Below the pieces are notes generated by a model that was given only the letters and a program-made list of their open reading frames with translations, did not search any database and was not told the DNA's origin. From NCBI RefSeq assembly GCF_006345805.1, contig NC_042999.1:166160001-166224000 (forward strand): a DNA stretch of 64,000 nucleotides, given 5' to 3'. A program made the translations under genes and the position numbers. Positions 50,210-64,000 of this stretch are shown here, piece after piece. The stretch is from Octopus sinensis. Taxonomy: Eukaryota. Within the stretch, counting starts at the first letter, position 1. Every line of letters starts with the position of its first letter.

Positions 50210-51100
50210 TATGACAGGTAGTTCAAAGGTGTCCGATGACGACTAATTCTGCGTTCTCGGCGATGAGAGCGCATGTGACTCCGCAGTCCAAAGCTAGAAG
50301 CACACGGGCGCCCACAGATGTCACCGTCTGTTAACTGGACTGAGGCGGATGCCGCCCTGTGTCGTCTTTCTCTTGCAGCACTGAGACGCTGTCATCGGTC
50401 CCCTTGGAAGATAGTTGCTGCTTGTGAGGTGAGAGACCTCCACGCTGATCTGTCTGCGGTAGAGGCTTCGAGTTAACGTGGGTTAATGCTGCTCCATTTG
50501 AGGTTACTTTTCAGAGTGTTTTTGCCCCTCAGTTTAGGTCTACCTCGCTTGCGTCAGCCCTGCGTGCGCTCGCCGTACAACAGTTGTCCGGGTAAACGGT
50601 TGACAGTCATTCTGATCACCTGACCAGTTCAGCGTAACTATGCCTTCAGCGACATTGACTCAATGCTTGTTGAACAAGTTCTGTCCAGCGCCTCTTGGTT
50701 TATCACTCTGTTCTGCCAGCGAGTACCCATGATCCTGTGCCGTGCCCTTGTGTGAAATTGTTCCAACTGTTTGATGTGCTGACGGTATGGGATCCATAGG
50801 CGGCGAGCTGGCAGAACCGTTAGCACGCCGGGCGAAATGCGTAGCCGTATTTCGTCTGCCGTTACGTTCTGAGTTCAAATTCCGCCGAGGTCGACTTTAC
50901 CTTTCATCCTTTCGAGGTTGATAAATTAAGTACCAATTACGCACTGGAGTCGATGTAATCGACTTAATACCTATGTCTGTCCTTGTTTGTCCCCTCTATG
51001 TTTAGCCCCTTGTGGTTAATAAAGAAATAGGTATGGGATTCATTTTTGACATCCATAGAGTAGTGTAGAAATGACTACAGCCTTGTAGATCTTTGTCGGT
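50210..51100 (-). mobile_element. RTE-clade LINE 3' fragment, interrupted by a SINE
   Basis: IYKAVVISTLLYGC | IPYRQHIKQLEQFH..RIMG..WQ, RLPGQLLYGE, RGRPKLR and CGRPCASSFGLRSHMRSH zinc-finger-like C-terminus. Confidence 0.9.
50798..51029 (+). mobile_element. Young SINE family A
   Basis: 14-bp TSD GGTATGGGAT(C/T)CAT (50784-50797, 51030-51043). Ends AATAAAGAAATA. Confidence 0.95.
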
Positions 51101-51687
51101 CTTATGCCTTTTGCTGGAGGACTTTCACTTTCAGTCAAGCTTCTTATATATATAATTGACTTGTATATAGTTTCCATCGATCCAATTGCACCTTGGAAGC
51201 GTTGTTCAATTCGTGTTTACAGTAGAGGACATTTGCCAAAGATGCAACACAGTGGCACCGGATCCAGAACCACAATTCTGAATAGAACTTCTTAACTATA
51301 CAGCAGAGCTTGTCCCTATATAAACCAAACTTTTAACTTTATTCTGCCTCTCTTCCTTCTCGAACATCAGAGAGACTTTACGGGCCAAACCATGGATACA
51401 TTTGATTGGTCACTTCGCTTTTTAGGATTTGTTTTCGGTAATGATTTTGATTATATTTTTGAAAGTGAAGTTTCTGGTTAAAATAGGCAGATGTTTCCTT
51501 TTGAGATCACAATATTTGTAGAAGGCAGCAGAACAAATCTAACAACTAGTTTGATATTTAAACATTGTGTGTGTGTATATATGTATGTATGTATGTATGT
51601 ATGTAGTATGTATGTATGTATGTATGTATGTATGTATGTATGTATGTATGTATGTATGTATGTGTGTGTGTGTGTGTGTGTGCGTGC

Positions 51688-51731
<44 letters not shown>

Positions 51732-52904
51732 ATGCTGTGTATAGAAATATTACCAGATGGCAAGATATTTTGATTGTAAATACAAGCACTCCTCGCCAAG
51801 TGACTTTAAATATGGGCCCGGCCCATAGCCAAGTCAATAAATATCCAGTTAGAAATGGAACCATTTGTTTACATATAGGTGGGTGATATAATAAAATGTC
51901 AAGAACTCCATTATACGTAGTTGGTGGCATGCATTCTTGAGACAGGTTAACTTTTGCTGGTATTGGGAGTTGGTGAAATAAAGTGATGACGCTTCTGCTT
52001 TTCCCCAAACAATGCCTTCAAATGGAATCACGTTTAGTTTAATGATGCAGCACTTGTTCCAAACACAGAATTCACTCCACCATAAGCGACGAGGTGTTGT
52101 TTATCTAGCACAGCAACGCTTGTAACTCAACCATCAGAAAAACAAAGGCATCTCTGTGTACTCTTTAGAGTGTATGCTTTCCCATATGCTAGTTACAGCT
52201 AAATCATTGCCAAGAAACTTTCTGCCAACGTTGCAGATTCCTCCTACTGCAACTCCGCAACCAAATTGATTCTATGGCTGGGAATTTTGCATTGACTACT
52301 GCAACGCATGTGCTCTGCGCCCTACGCTCTACACAACTCCGAAACTATTCTTCCTCATAATTACCAACGTATGCATCGTCACGCGGTTATTCGGCCTTTT
52401 ATGATTACAGTCAAATTTTCTTTTAATCCTAGCCAACAATCTTCAAAATGGATGAATATACCGGATTAAGTAATTCTGAATTTTAAGAGACGTTATGGCT
52501 TGAATACTGACCGAACGATGTAAGTTCGACTGACACAAATACATGGAAACACGCATACATACCAACTCGGAAAGTAGAAAAGTGTAAATTCGAGAAAATT
52601 GTTATTTTTTTTACTACATACTCACCCTACATCCAAACAACATTAAAAAAAGTCTAACAAAGCTTCATGTATATACGCGATGTTCCAGCAACAATAACAA
52701 AAAATTGAAAGAGTGAAAGAATTGCATGAAGTTCGGCTTTATTTTATCTACCCCGAAAGGGTGAAAGGCAAAGTCGACCTCGGCAGAATTTGAACCCAGA
52801 ACGTAAAGAGCCGGAATAAATGCCGATAAGCATTTTGTTCGATACGCTAATGACCCTAACAGCCTGCCGTCTTTACCTAATATTTCAATAAAATCCTAAT
52901 AATA

Positions 52905-54141
52905 TTAGGTTGGCAACTAAGTTCCCACCGTTTTTTAAAATTTAGATTTTTTAAAAGGTTTAATAAAAACACTCTTGTTATTTACAACTTCTTCCCAACG
53001 TTCAACAAGATTTTTAATTCCTCGTTGGTAGAAATCACCCGATTTCGACTCGAAAAATTGATCCAGCCAAGCTCTCAATTCTGTATCAGTATTGAACGAA
53101 ACTCCACGCATAGCATTTGAAAGAGATTGAAAGAGGTGGAAATCCGTTGGTGCCAAATCAGGAGAGTACAGTGAGTGTGGCAGCACTTCCCAGCCATACG
53201 TTTGAATGGCTTCCTTGGTCATATTGGCGATATGAGGGCGGGCTTTGTCGTGCAGCAAAAGAACTCTATGCTGCCGATTAGGTCTTTTCTCTTGAATAGC
53301 CGTGTTGGGTCGTTTCATCTAATGAACAAAGAGTTCCGCGTTGACCGTTTGGTTCCCTTCAAGCAATTCGTAATGGATAATCCCTTCCCAGTCCCACCAT
53401 ACGCACAGTATCGTTTTACGCGGATGAAAATCTTGTTTCACGCACAGTGTCGCTTGTTTACTGGGGCTAAGTCATTCCTTACGCTCCTTCATATTGATGT
53501 ACAGGCACCATTTTTCGTCGCCAGTAACGATTCGGCAAAGAAATCGTTGCTTGTGTCCTTGAGTTGAGCGCTGACGAGCAAGCAAATCACGGAGATTGTA
53601 GCCCGTTGATTTTTGTTGTCACTTAAAGCATGCGGAATCCATTCTCCATACTTCTGAACCTTTCTCATAGAGTGAAGATGCTTCTCTATAGCAGTGTGGG
53701 AGCATTCCATTTTCTCTGCCAGTTCCCTTGTTGTTTGATGAGAATTTTCAAGCAAAAGTTGGTTTAATCACTCTTCATTGAACTTAACTGGACAGCCAGA
53801 ATGAGGTGCGTCTTTGAGGTCAAAATTTCCATTTTTGAACTTGGCATACCAATCACGAGTGGTTCTTTCAGCTATAGCACCCTCTCCATACACAGCGCAA
53901 ATGTCGCGAGAAGCTTTTGCGGCCTTGATTAAAAACAAAAAGAAGGAAGCGTCGAAAATGCTTGTTTTTTTAAACTTGACAATCCATTTTATTGATCTGA
54001 AAACAAACAAAAATTAACTAGAAAAAATAGATTCCAAAATTATTAAAAAATAGAATTCTCGAAAAAAATAGATTTCAAAATTTAAAAAGGTAATAAATTC
54101 CAAAATTAAAAAAAACGGCGGGAACTTGGTTGCCAACCCAA
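52905..54141 (-). mobile_element. Full-length defective mariner (DD34D) transposon, 1237 bp
   Basis: TA TSD and TIR TT(A/G)GGTTGGCAAC. WIPHAL, TGDEKW, HDKARPH and YSPDLAPTD motifs split over three frames, with stops. Confidence 0.97.
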
Positions 54142-54619
54142 TACAATGGACGACCCGTTAGCATCCTAATCAACCCACAGTAACACTGAAAAAAATGTCC
54201 TCAACAGACATCATCTTCTGCTTTATACACTTGACACATAATCTTCGGTTCTCCACTGAAGATCAACCAACCATTATGATAACAGTCACACATCAATGCA
54301 TTAATGAACAATGTTAAAATCTTTTTACAAATTTTAATGAAACCCAGCGGAGACAGTTCTGCTAGAAAACAGAATCAAAGTTTTTAGAAGTAATTTATCC
54401 CTGTAACTTTGCGGTTGGGCAAAAGAGCCCCATAGAATAAGTATGGGACTTTAAAAATAAAGTATTGAAACAGGTAAAAGATTAAAGGTAAAAAAATAGT
54501 ACCAAATTCCAAGAATTTGCAAGCTCGACGATGTTACAGTAATTCTAAAGCTCGACTAAAATCTTTGTGACCAAACATCATGCAGATCCATCAGTGTTTT
54601 ACGTACATCCTCAACAGTT

Positions 54620-56330
54620 TTAAAAGTGCGACCCTTGATATAACCCCCACCTCTTCGTCAAAGCATGACACAGATTCAGACCATTGCTCTCAATCACAAC
54701 ATCACTCACAAACCTAATACAGAGGATACATGGCGATTTCATCACGAAAAATCTCCTACATGAACCGTTCCAACTTTCAACTCCATTCATCGCTATCCAT
54801 TTATACTGTAGTGTAAATTTACGAAACCTTAAGAAACAACACTAATTGCTTGATAGTTAACTATCTGCAAGGTAGCTATGTTTGGATAGAAATTTAAGGT
54901 GCGACTTTGCTAGAACCTGTACTATACCGAATGGGGCAGTACAGGATCTGTCCTTTTCTCTACTACTCTTTTCAGCCTTCCCACACTCCTCCAAACGACT
55001 TTCCAACACTCATCAAAATATATACACAGCCGCAAGTGCAGTTGACATCACATTTGTATCCTTTCACTATTTTTAAACTATAGCTGCAGAACTATTTCTG
55101 TCCTTTAATTGCCTTTAATCTCCTACTTATATTCAACTGTATCTGAAAGAATGCGGGTATGATGTCGTCTGCGTATCAGGCTTTGTACATATTTTAGGAA
55201 AGTGTGGGAAGGCCATGCAGATACAGGCTGAAAAGAGTAGGTGAATGAACAGATTTTGAGAGTTGCTATTCAAGAAATTAGTAGGTTATGAGAACTATTG
55301 CTTTTATAGATTAGGTAGGCTTGGGGACCTGGCACACAAGTGTTAAGTGTTGTTTCATAAAAAGTTGATGGTTATCTTGGGTGTATAAATAGATAGCATG
55401 GGATGTAGTTAAAAGTTTTGTTGGCGTAGCTGGAAATTACGTTAGTTCGTGTTGGCGGTTTTTATTGATGAAACCGTCATGTATCCTGTATTAGTTTAGG
55501 ACTAGTGTAGTGGTCTGAATCTGTGTCGTGAATTGAAGATGTTGAGAGTTTAATCACTTTGACTCTCACTCACCTAGAAACTTGAATTCATAGCAACTGA
55601 TACAAAAGCATTATCTACCAAATCAATTGCCACCTGTACAACCAATCATCACATTTAAAAATATAAACAATCCACACTTACAGAAAGCAAAAATATTAGA
55701 AGTTAATGTAATACCTTCACAACATTCATAGCATACATAGGAAACATTTTAAAGAAGCAAACCGTTGCAGAACACACTTAGAACACTAAAGAAATAATGC
55801 CAATGGTCTACAAGAAATTAGCTCCATCTCGGATCATGTCAGTCTTATGGGAGCAGCCAACATCTCCATAACAAACCATAATAAATTACAAAATAATCAA
55901 ACAACGCACGGCACATCGACCACTTCCACAAGCAACAAGCTGTAACTGTCACCGTTCCTGCTGCTGGATGAAAGTTTATCTCAAACACTCACACACATAT
56001 ATAACATCACAGAAAACTACGACTACATTATCCCGAGCGCACGACCTATAGCACTCAGTTCAAGCAAACATTTGAAGCCATATACTCAAAGAGATAGCTG
56101 CTGCATCAATAGCCTCATTAACGCCTCTAAATGGGTACCACCAACAGTAGAGTAACAGCTGCTGCTCACTTATCAAGTTGACCATGTCCGCCGCCTCCGT
56201 TCTGCCCATCACCAGCGTCTACAAATATAATAGACAGAGACAGTCGAGAGAATGCAACGTGTACAGATTTCCACACTGCACTCTAGAAGTTTGGTCATTT
56301 CATGTTGGAGTATTTAATATGGTTCTCAAC
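54620..56330. pseudogene. Decayed LINE RT pieces in both orientations
   Basis: YADDI on the minus strand at 55161-55175. Plus-strand NGAVQGSV and RPIALSS..K.FE-like remnants. 54640-55010 and 55150-55560 are inverted homologues. Confidence 0.55.
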
Positions 56331-57605
56331 TAGGCAAATGAGTGTTATAAAAAGAAAATCAGATTTGTGAGTTGCGCCTAGTGATTTAGTGAACTACCTT
56401 CGTGCCTTACGTTTATTTAATGAAAGCAGGCCTGAGGTTACGCGACACATTCTATGTTCACTTCAACGAAACAAGGTCATCAGTTCAGTTTGTGTACTTT
56501 CCATTATTCTCACGCATACACGACGGTTTCTCGCTAAAATGTTTAACCTTGTTCTTTCTAGAAAGAACTATATCTATGGAAACACACTATAGTTGAATAT
56601 CTTCTTGATTATACAAATTACCATCATATTGCACTTACGTTGATGGAAGCAATAAATAATTACCTCGAATCTCCCTCTAGAGGATGCCGTACAAAGCAGA
56701 GTTTCGAGTGAGGACTTATGGAACTGCTAATGATCCTTACCTATATCTTTATTATTTATTTCATCATGGAACTTCCTAATGCATGTACTTTTCACTCTGA
56801 TCCTTCCTTCATTTTTTGACAAACTGGAAAGTACTTATATCCTCGATTGGGGATATTCTTCATTTTATTGTTTTATATTTCTCTGACTTCTCCATCTCCG
56901 AAGACAGTACACTTAGCTTACGGAATCGTCACTCAATATCATGATCCACATGCTTGGCTATTCTAGAAACAGCTGTAACTCACTCTATCTATTTATATTC
57001 TCTATTTAAATTAAATGTTTTTCTAGTGATGCCATAGGTTTTTTTTTTTTTTTTAATACGTATTTTTTTTATTAATATCTAGCAGAAGCAACAGAATGAC
57101 TCGAGAGTCGAGAGTTTTGTGCGATTGCACTTATTATTCTATAAAACACAATTGGACAAACAACAGATAACGAATATCAAAGGAAAACAATTGATAAGAA
57201 GAAACAACAAATCTGCTAGACATGTCGCAGACCTGTTGATAACATTCTTTTTCCTGTCTGCACCAACCTCACCAATTTTGTTGAATGTAAATATGTAAAT
57301 ACCACCCTCACTCACCATTATAACATCCTTACACAAGCTCTTCTAGAACAGTCACCAGCCATCTCCATGATGGCCATTCCATCTTTTCAATGCAATAGAA
57401 GTCGGGGAGCAAAATGGGTTCTTTGCTCCTGAGTGCTGAGAACCCGGTCTACACCACTGTGAATACTTACAAACTTACGTACATGTATATATACATGCAT
57501 ACATACAAGCATATACGCTCACGTACACACAAACACACACACACCACACACACATATATATATGAACATACATATATATGTATGTATATATATGTCTGTA
57601 TATAT

Positions 57606-57694
<89 letters not shown>

Positions 57695-58599
57695 CACATA
57701 TGCACACAGATATGTGTGTGTGCGTGCGCGCGCGCGTGACTTGAAAGAACTTAAAATAGAAATAACATACCATACCAGAAGGTTGTAGAATAAGTACTGA
57801 AAAGTGCCGTATCAACTCAATATCTTATTCATCTGTTTATTTATTTAAGGCATCATTAATAGCTTAGGTGTACAAATAGACAGACCTTCATTTCTATAAC
57901 CAGACTTACTAATTAAATAAACACATTTTCTTGTTGTGGAGGTGGTGGTTCAGACCTAGCCCGACCCTTATTCAAGACAATTATAATTAAATACAATCCA
58001 GCTGCTAACTGTTTTTTTAAGGTTCAGTATATTTAGGAGTACATTATTTAATATATTCTTAAAATGTGTAATTTGGGGGAAAGTTGCCCTTTATTTTTTA
58101 GCTGGTTGGCTCATTCCTTTTTGCCATGTGGAGGAAAATAAAAATCTTGCCATCAGAACAAGATAGATAGCAGGACTTCGTTGAGTGCGATGCGCTGAAA
58201 ATAAGCAAGTCTCTTATCGTCCATGGACTCACTTTTCTGTGGAATTCTTTCTTGGTAGGGTCCATCCTTGGACTCACTTCTCTGTTGCATTCTCTCTTTG
58301 AAGGGTCCAGCAACGCTAAATCGCATTAAGAAGACTTGACTTTCTCTTCAGGGACATGGCTAGTATTTCGTAACTGAGCATTTACTGACACTCTACAAGT
58401 TCCTACTGTCGTAATATCCAGTTATTGCACAATATACTCATTTAAATGTTTGAAATCTAGAATATTTTCTACGTACTACGTACGCAATGTCTTAACTTGT
58501 AAGTATTTCACAAACAGATGTTCTCGTTCATTACAAAATTAAAAAAAGGAAAGTAAAAAGAACGACTTAAATACGTCTCTTATTCTACTAGAAAACTAA

Positions 58600-59764
58600 T
58601 CAAATAGTGCCAATCCACGGTGATTATACTTTTATTTGGGAACAACATCATGGGTTACACAAATAAATTAGTAAATTGACCCCTTGTCTAAGATACAATA
58701 GTTCTCTTGCCCAGAACCTAACTCCGGTCCACAAATCACCTCCTTGTGGAGCAAGACACAAGCAAACTAACAGGCAAACCACACAGACCCCAATCTATGG
58801 TCCACTTTTTACTCAAGCTTCTCTCTGAAAGGTGTTAAGTTTACACATATAAATTCCACTCTCTCCACCACTCATCTCTCTCACTTGGACATTAGAAACA
58901 AAGGAGTCCAGCTACTCTAACTCAAAATCCCCTTCCCACACTCCTCTGCATACAGCTGCTTCCTCTTCCGCAACCCGATTTCCCCCAACCACCATCAACT
59001 CACCATCAGATTGTAGCCTTATACCTCACATCTTTATGAAATCGGCCTCAGTGACATAAATGCATCCATATAGGGACTACACATCATTCCCTTACTTCGT
59101 GGATTGCATGGCTTTTCCAGTGACTTGATTGGTCGGTATTTCGCCTGTTCTACGATAATTATTCCTTATAGCACAATTGCCTCACCGATGACATCTCAGA
59201 AACAAGCATGTAGGTAACTGAAACCACTCTCTTGTGCATACACCTCCTAATTCCACCAAAACCCTAAAGTAGTTCTCATAGCTGCAGTAGTTCAAGCAAA
59301 AATACAGCTTACAATGCTTTGAGAAAATCACCAACAACAATTCTCAACCAGCGCCATAACTCCTGCAAAACTATCATCCAAAACACACAAGATGCTTCCC
59401 TGCATTAGACAGCCCGCAAACACTCCAACCTTTCCAAACTGCAGCCTATATAAATTCCCTTATTAAGAGGATCTCTTAAGAGCACATTGAAATTACACCC
59501 CCTTCATTTCTCAGCGCTCCACACTGCACACATAAGAAATATTCATTTTCAAACGATCCTTTTTCACTCCATCAAATGCACCACCATATACACATACACC
59601 CAAAGTGCAAAGATACACCCGGTTGCTTCAAACCAACAATGTATTCAACCCTGACGATGTTTTTTTTCTGTTACCCTCAAACACACTGCAGAACTCGCCA
59701 AAATTTTCACTCTCTCGCTCTTTTTCCACTCCTCTCTCTCCACCCCTGTCACTCCCTCCCTACC

Positions 59765-59832
<68 letters not shown>

Positions 59833-61180
59833 CCTGCAGTGATATGTTCTGAACTTTGGAAATATGCCACAATTGACTCATTCTCAAAAAAGGCAACCAC
59901 TTTGACACTGTCCAATATCATTTTATCCAATTCACTTTGTGACGGTGACAATCATTAACAAGCCATTCTATAAACTAGAATCTATCTCCCTCCCACCTGT
60001 ACGGCTTTCGTAAAATCAGATCTACTAAAAAAATCTTCTATCATCTGGTCTTCTACCTTGAGAAATTTGGTGAAAATTGTTATTACATATGTCATTAGCA
60101 AAACATTGAACCGTGTCTGGAACCTCTGTTCTAAACTGCCTGGTTATGGGCTCAATCGTCTCTTGGATTGGTAGCTTCTTCTGAAGCTGCGTCATTGCAG
60201 AGTGTGCTGGTGGAGCTGACTTTGACTCTATCAGCCCTCGTGCCTTAAGTTTCGTCTTCTTTCATTACGCACTTCCTTCTACACATTAACGGCCAACTTG
60301 CTATCGATTCCAATAATGGCCACTCTTACGTTGACCATGATCTTTATCCACCCAACCATCGCACACAAACGCTGTCCTCATGCATCTTCTACATTCTATC
60401 CACATGTGACATATACAACTCACGTCAAGTATACACTAAGAACAACAGAAGGGTTTCAAAAACATCCTCCTGGAAGTCAAACCAATCTTATTTTCTTCCA
60501 CAAAGACTAGTACTCTCAAAGTTGTTACACATGTTAGGCTAACGCCATCACTAAGGGTCTCTCTTGTCGAACATACATCTCCACTTTAACAAAGACTGCA
60601 TCATCCATAAAGTCTGGCTTTCGTCTTCATGGGCTAAAAATAATTGATTCTACCAACACCAACAACTACGAACTCTCTACGAATCTCAAATGTGACCAAC
60701 AATGGAGTATTGCTCCCACGTTTAGGATGTTCGTGCTGTTACACACAGACATCTTAAGAAGAATTTAAAGCTAGATCACTCGATTCGCTGATGTGCAGTA
60801 TGGCTGTTTCTACTCTCTATCGTTTCTTCTGCCACTACAGTGGTTTCTGTTCTTCGGATTTCACTAGTCTCGTGTCAATTTTTCTCAAACATCATAACTC
60901 ACACGGTTCTTCTCTGCCATCCCCAGTCTCTGCATTAACCAATCATCTTAGACGTAGACTTGAATTGTTGAAGAACAACCTTAGCCTTGTCAACCTTACT
61001 GGCTACGGAAGATTTCCTTGGTCATTAGCATTGTGCTTTTCTCCAGACCAAACCTACAGAAGTTCAATTTCTTATATCCTAGATTTCTCTTTTCTTAAGA
61101 ACGCTATTCATCTAATTCATGAACCCTTTCTTACTTAAGACAAAAAGTCCTCTGCACAGTTGCTTGAGCTGCTGAAATAC
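58600..61180 (+). pseudogene. Heavily decayed LINE (endonuclease and RT remnants)
   Basis: GD.NA.H-like remnant near 59050, FLLHIN near 60275, MEYCSHV near 60700 and FYR...G.CS near 60820. Interrupted by (TATC)n at 59766-59832. Confidence 0.5.
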
Positions 61181-61255
61181 CAACTCTCAAATAACAGCCT
61201 GATGTCATAGGAAAGGTACAACTTAACCTAAAAGAAAAAAAGATATGGTGACAAC

Positions 61256-61424
61256 TTAAAATTCGAAAAATTAAACTACGTTAAACTTACAAATTACAAT
61301 TTTCTCAAGAAAGCCAAGAGAAAAAATGTTTTATTTTGACACATTCTACCGGTATACGAAGTTTAAAAGTGTTTAGTTAACTAGAAATTGTGTTGAAAAC
61401 TGCCGTTCAAAAGGAAAAGATCCC
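61256..61424. mobile_element. Terminal half-copy of the foldback element at 12205-12996
   Basis: Near-identical to 12838-12996. Ends GGAAAAGATCCC followed by TAA. Confidence 0.9.
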
Positions 61425-62184
61425 TAATATTAATTGTTAAATTTTAATCTGACGTTATTATAGTGTTGCAATAATGTATTTATTCTGTAGCCACAAACAA
61501 AGCATTTTACCTTAGCTTTCATATTTTCTTTGCAAGTTTCGAATACATACTTTCAAAAATATTTTCTTTGTAATTTTTCTTTAGTGTATGACCATAATTG
61601 CGAAACTATTTGATACGATGAAAATGTAATCACTACTTACATTCTCAACTCCATCCCCATTGTTATTAAAAGTCAATCATTAACATTAGCAGCCGTGTAT
61701 CTTCAGACAAAGAAAGTGGATTCGAAGAGAAAATATAATTTAGCCGACATCATAATACAGAAGTGAGAAAAATTAGAAGCAGAAAATTTATTTAGTTCAA
61801 TCCCACATTTATTTTAAATAGCCACGACATTCCTTAGACAAATATATTCCGAATCATCATCCTCACACGAACATTTCAATAAAAATATCAAAGCCAGCTA
61901 GATTTTGTGTCTAAAATTTGGCTGCTACCAAAACTACGATCATCAACAGAAATTCCACAAACAGAATTACTCAAAATTCATGTCTCAGTGCAACTTCAGT
62001 AATGTCACATACTGTCCTCTTGCTAGTGTCTGGCAAAATCATTTGTGTGAAGCGAAAAAGTAGTCTCAATAGACAGTACTGGAAGGAAGAAAAAATCACA
62101 TCCGCCTTAGACCACATTTAAGAGCAGCGATACCCAGTATATAATGCTTTCAGATACATTGAGAAATAGCATAACTTCATTATC

Positions 62185-62520
62185 TCAGGCTCAGTGGTTA
62201 GAGCGGCGAGTTCAAAATCATGAGATAGTGAGTTCGATTCCTGGACCGGGTTGTGTGTTGTGTTCTTGAGTGAGACACTTTATTTCACATTGCTCCTGTT
62301 CCCTCAGCTGTAGAAATGAATTGCGATGTCACTGGTGCCAAGCTGTATTGGCCCCTTTGCCTTTCCTTTGGATAACATCGGTGGCGTGGAGATGTGAGGC
62401 TGGTATGCATGGGCGACTGCTGGTCTTTCATAAACAATCCTGCCTGGACTTGTGCCTCGGACGGGAACTTTCTAGGTACAATCCTATGGTTATTCGTGAT
62501 CAAAGGGGATCTTTACCCTC
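62185..62520 (+). mobile_element. tRNA-derived SINE
   Basis: GGCTCAGTGGT A box, GAGTTCGATTCC B box, GTGTTCTTGAGTGAGACACTT central box. Confidence 0.85.
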
Positions 62521-62719
62521 TATTTGAGGTCCCAAAGCATGTCATATAGACAAGCTCATATTTAATTAGGCAATCATTAAAACTACTTTACCCATATATG
62601 TATGATGCAATGTAAAAATTGTTTTTGTTATCTATATTCCACCAACATTCCACGCGTACACACACACACACACACACACATAAGCAAAAGAACATACTGT
62701 TCAATCACAACTGGGACAT

Positions 62720-63110
62720 CTTTTATCTAACACGTGCTTCAGTCGTTAGACTGCGGCCATGCTGGAGCACCGCCTTGAAGAATATTTAGTCGAATGACCC
62801 GACCCCAGTATTTTTTAAAGCCTGGTATCTATTCCATCGGTCTCTTTTGCCAAACCACTAAGCTACGGGGACGTAAGCACACCAAAACCAGTTGTCAAGT
62901 GGTGGTAGAGGATAAATAGAGACACAAACACACATACACACACATACATGACAGGCTTCGTTCAGTTTCCGTCTACCAAATCCACTCACAAGGCTTTAGG
63001 TGACCTGAGGCTATAGCAGAAGACACTTGCCAAAAGTGCCACATAGTGGGACTGAAACCGGAACGATGTGGTTGGGAAGCAAATTTCTTACCACACAGCC
63101 ACGCCTGCAC
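62720..63110 (-). mobile_element. Full-length SINE family C
   Basis: tRNA-like head at 63110-62950, (GT)n spacer, body, and tail GGCGGTGCTCCAGCATGGCCGCAGTC. Confidence 0.9.
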
Positions 63111-63394
63111 CTGTATAGATGTATTAAACTAAGACAATGTGTGAGGAACTACTTGGTGTTTTCTATACAATCGAAATATTGGATTAAAAAGACGAAACGA
63201 ATAACATTTTTGGAGTTTGCTAAATGTGTTTTTTATTATTTCTCAATACTTACCAATTGCTGCTGCTACTACAACTGCTGCTGCTGCTGCTGATGATGAT
63301 GATGATGAATATTAGTGGTTGAAAATAAATATATAAAACAAACGTAGGAAAAAGAATGAAAAATCTAATAATAATTTAACATTACTTGAAAAAG

Positions 63395-64000
63395 TAGTGA
63401 GTAGCGAACCCTGCCTGACACGAGTTCCGGGCTCAGCTGGCTCCGGCTGACAGTACCCGGTATGGGCCCCTATCCAGGGTTACGGAAAGGAGACAACCTT
63501 GAAAGAAATCCTGAGTGGAGCCCCGAAGGCGGTCTAGTGTTCGACTCGACACTCTTCCGGCAGCTCCTGCAACCAAGCTGGTGCCAAACGTAATGCTCTG
63601 CACTCCACTGGACTACATCAGCAAGGTCGAGAGAGGAAACCTGACGATTGGGCTACCCAGGACTTTCTTATATCTAGCCCAGGCCTGCGCAAAACTGGAG
63701 AGGACACTTCAGTGCTGCTGTAAAAAGCTGCAGAAACAACACGGAAGGTAACAGTTACGAGTGATAAGTCTATTCAGATTGGCGTAAAATGTGGGCGCTA
63801 CGGATTACCTCTGACGGTGGGAGTGACCCCCGTGTCCCATTGGTTAGCTACTGCCCACCTCAAGCTGGGCAGCCCCCAGTTAATAAGGTGCTGACCCGCC
63901 ACAGGCCGCCTGCTTCATTGGGTGCTTGGAGCTAAGAGTATGACTTGAAAAGCGGCCTGCAACCTCTGCACCAGGCAAATAACTAAAAGACAAGAAACCA
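63395..64000 (+). mobile_element. Probable 5' UTR of an RTE-type LINE continuing past the window
   Basis: GC-richer non-coding segment with GCAGCTCCTGCAACCAAGCTGGTGCCAAACG, resembling RTE leaders. No ORF2 motifs inside the window. Confidence 0.45.

Noticed and set aside
51750-52700. Complex sequence with protein-like stretches on the minus strand
   Set aside because: Interrupted by stops, and no motif I can assign to a host or TE family.
63400-63620. HDV-like ribozyme expected in an RTE leader
   Set aside because: I could not assign P1, P3, L3 and P1.1 by eye. It needs a descriptor search before any claim.

Overview
AT-rich animal genomic DNA made almost entirely of repeats. A coleoid cephalopod, most likely Octopus, is inferred from the SINE families and the very dense (TA)n/(CA)n/(CCA)n microsatellites. 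No host protein-coding gene, tRNA/rRNA gene or CRISPR array can be supported. Most ORFs in the track are microsatellite artefacts, and single-base indels in homopolymers suggest long-read consensus errors. Mobile elements: (1) a young full-length Ty3/gypsy element of Mag-like type (35045-39573; 238-bp LTRs differing at 2 sites, CCGCC TSD, probably intact); (2) a full-length defective mariner; (3) CR1/L2-, RTE-, R4/Dong-, Tx1/L1- and Penelope-type fragments; (4) hAT remnants, two non-autonomous Helitrons, several MITEs, solo LTRs and many SINEs. The most unusual signal is five type-I hammerhead ribozyme folds in Penelope-type tails. Two have a canonical core and cap a 2.8-kb palindrome facing outward. 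Three, from different families, share a non-canonical CCGANGA core. Also notable: a 5.4-kb region bounded by inverted arms built from SINE tails, and an LTR-like element carrying a unique 1-kb ORF-bearing insert. All family assignments come from motif recognition by eye, not database searches, and many boundaries are approximate.
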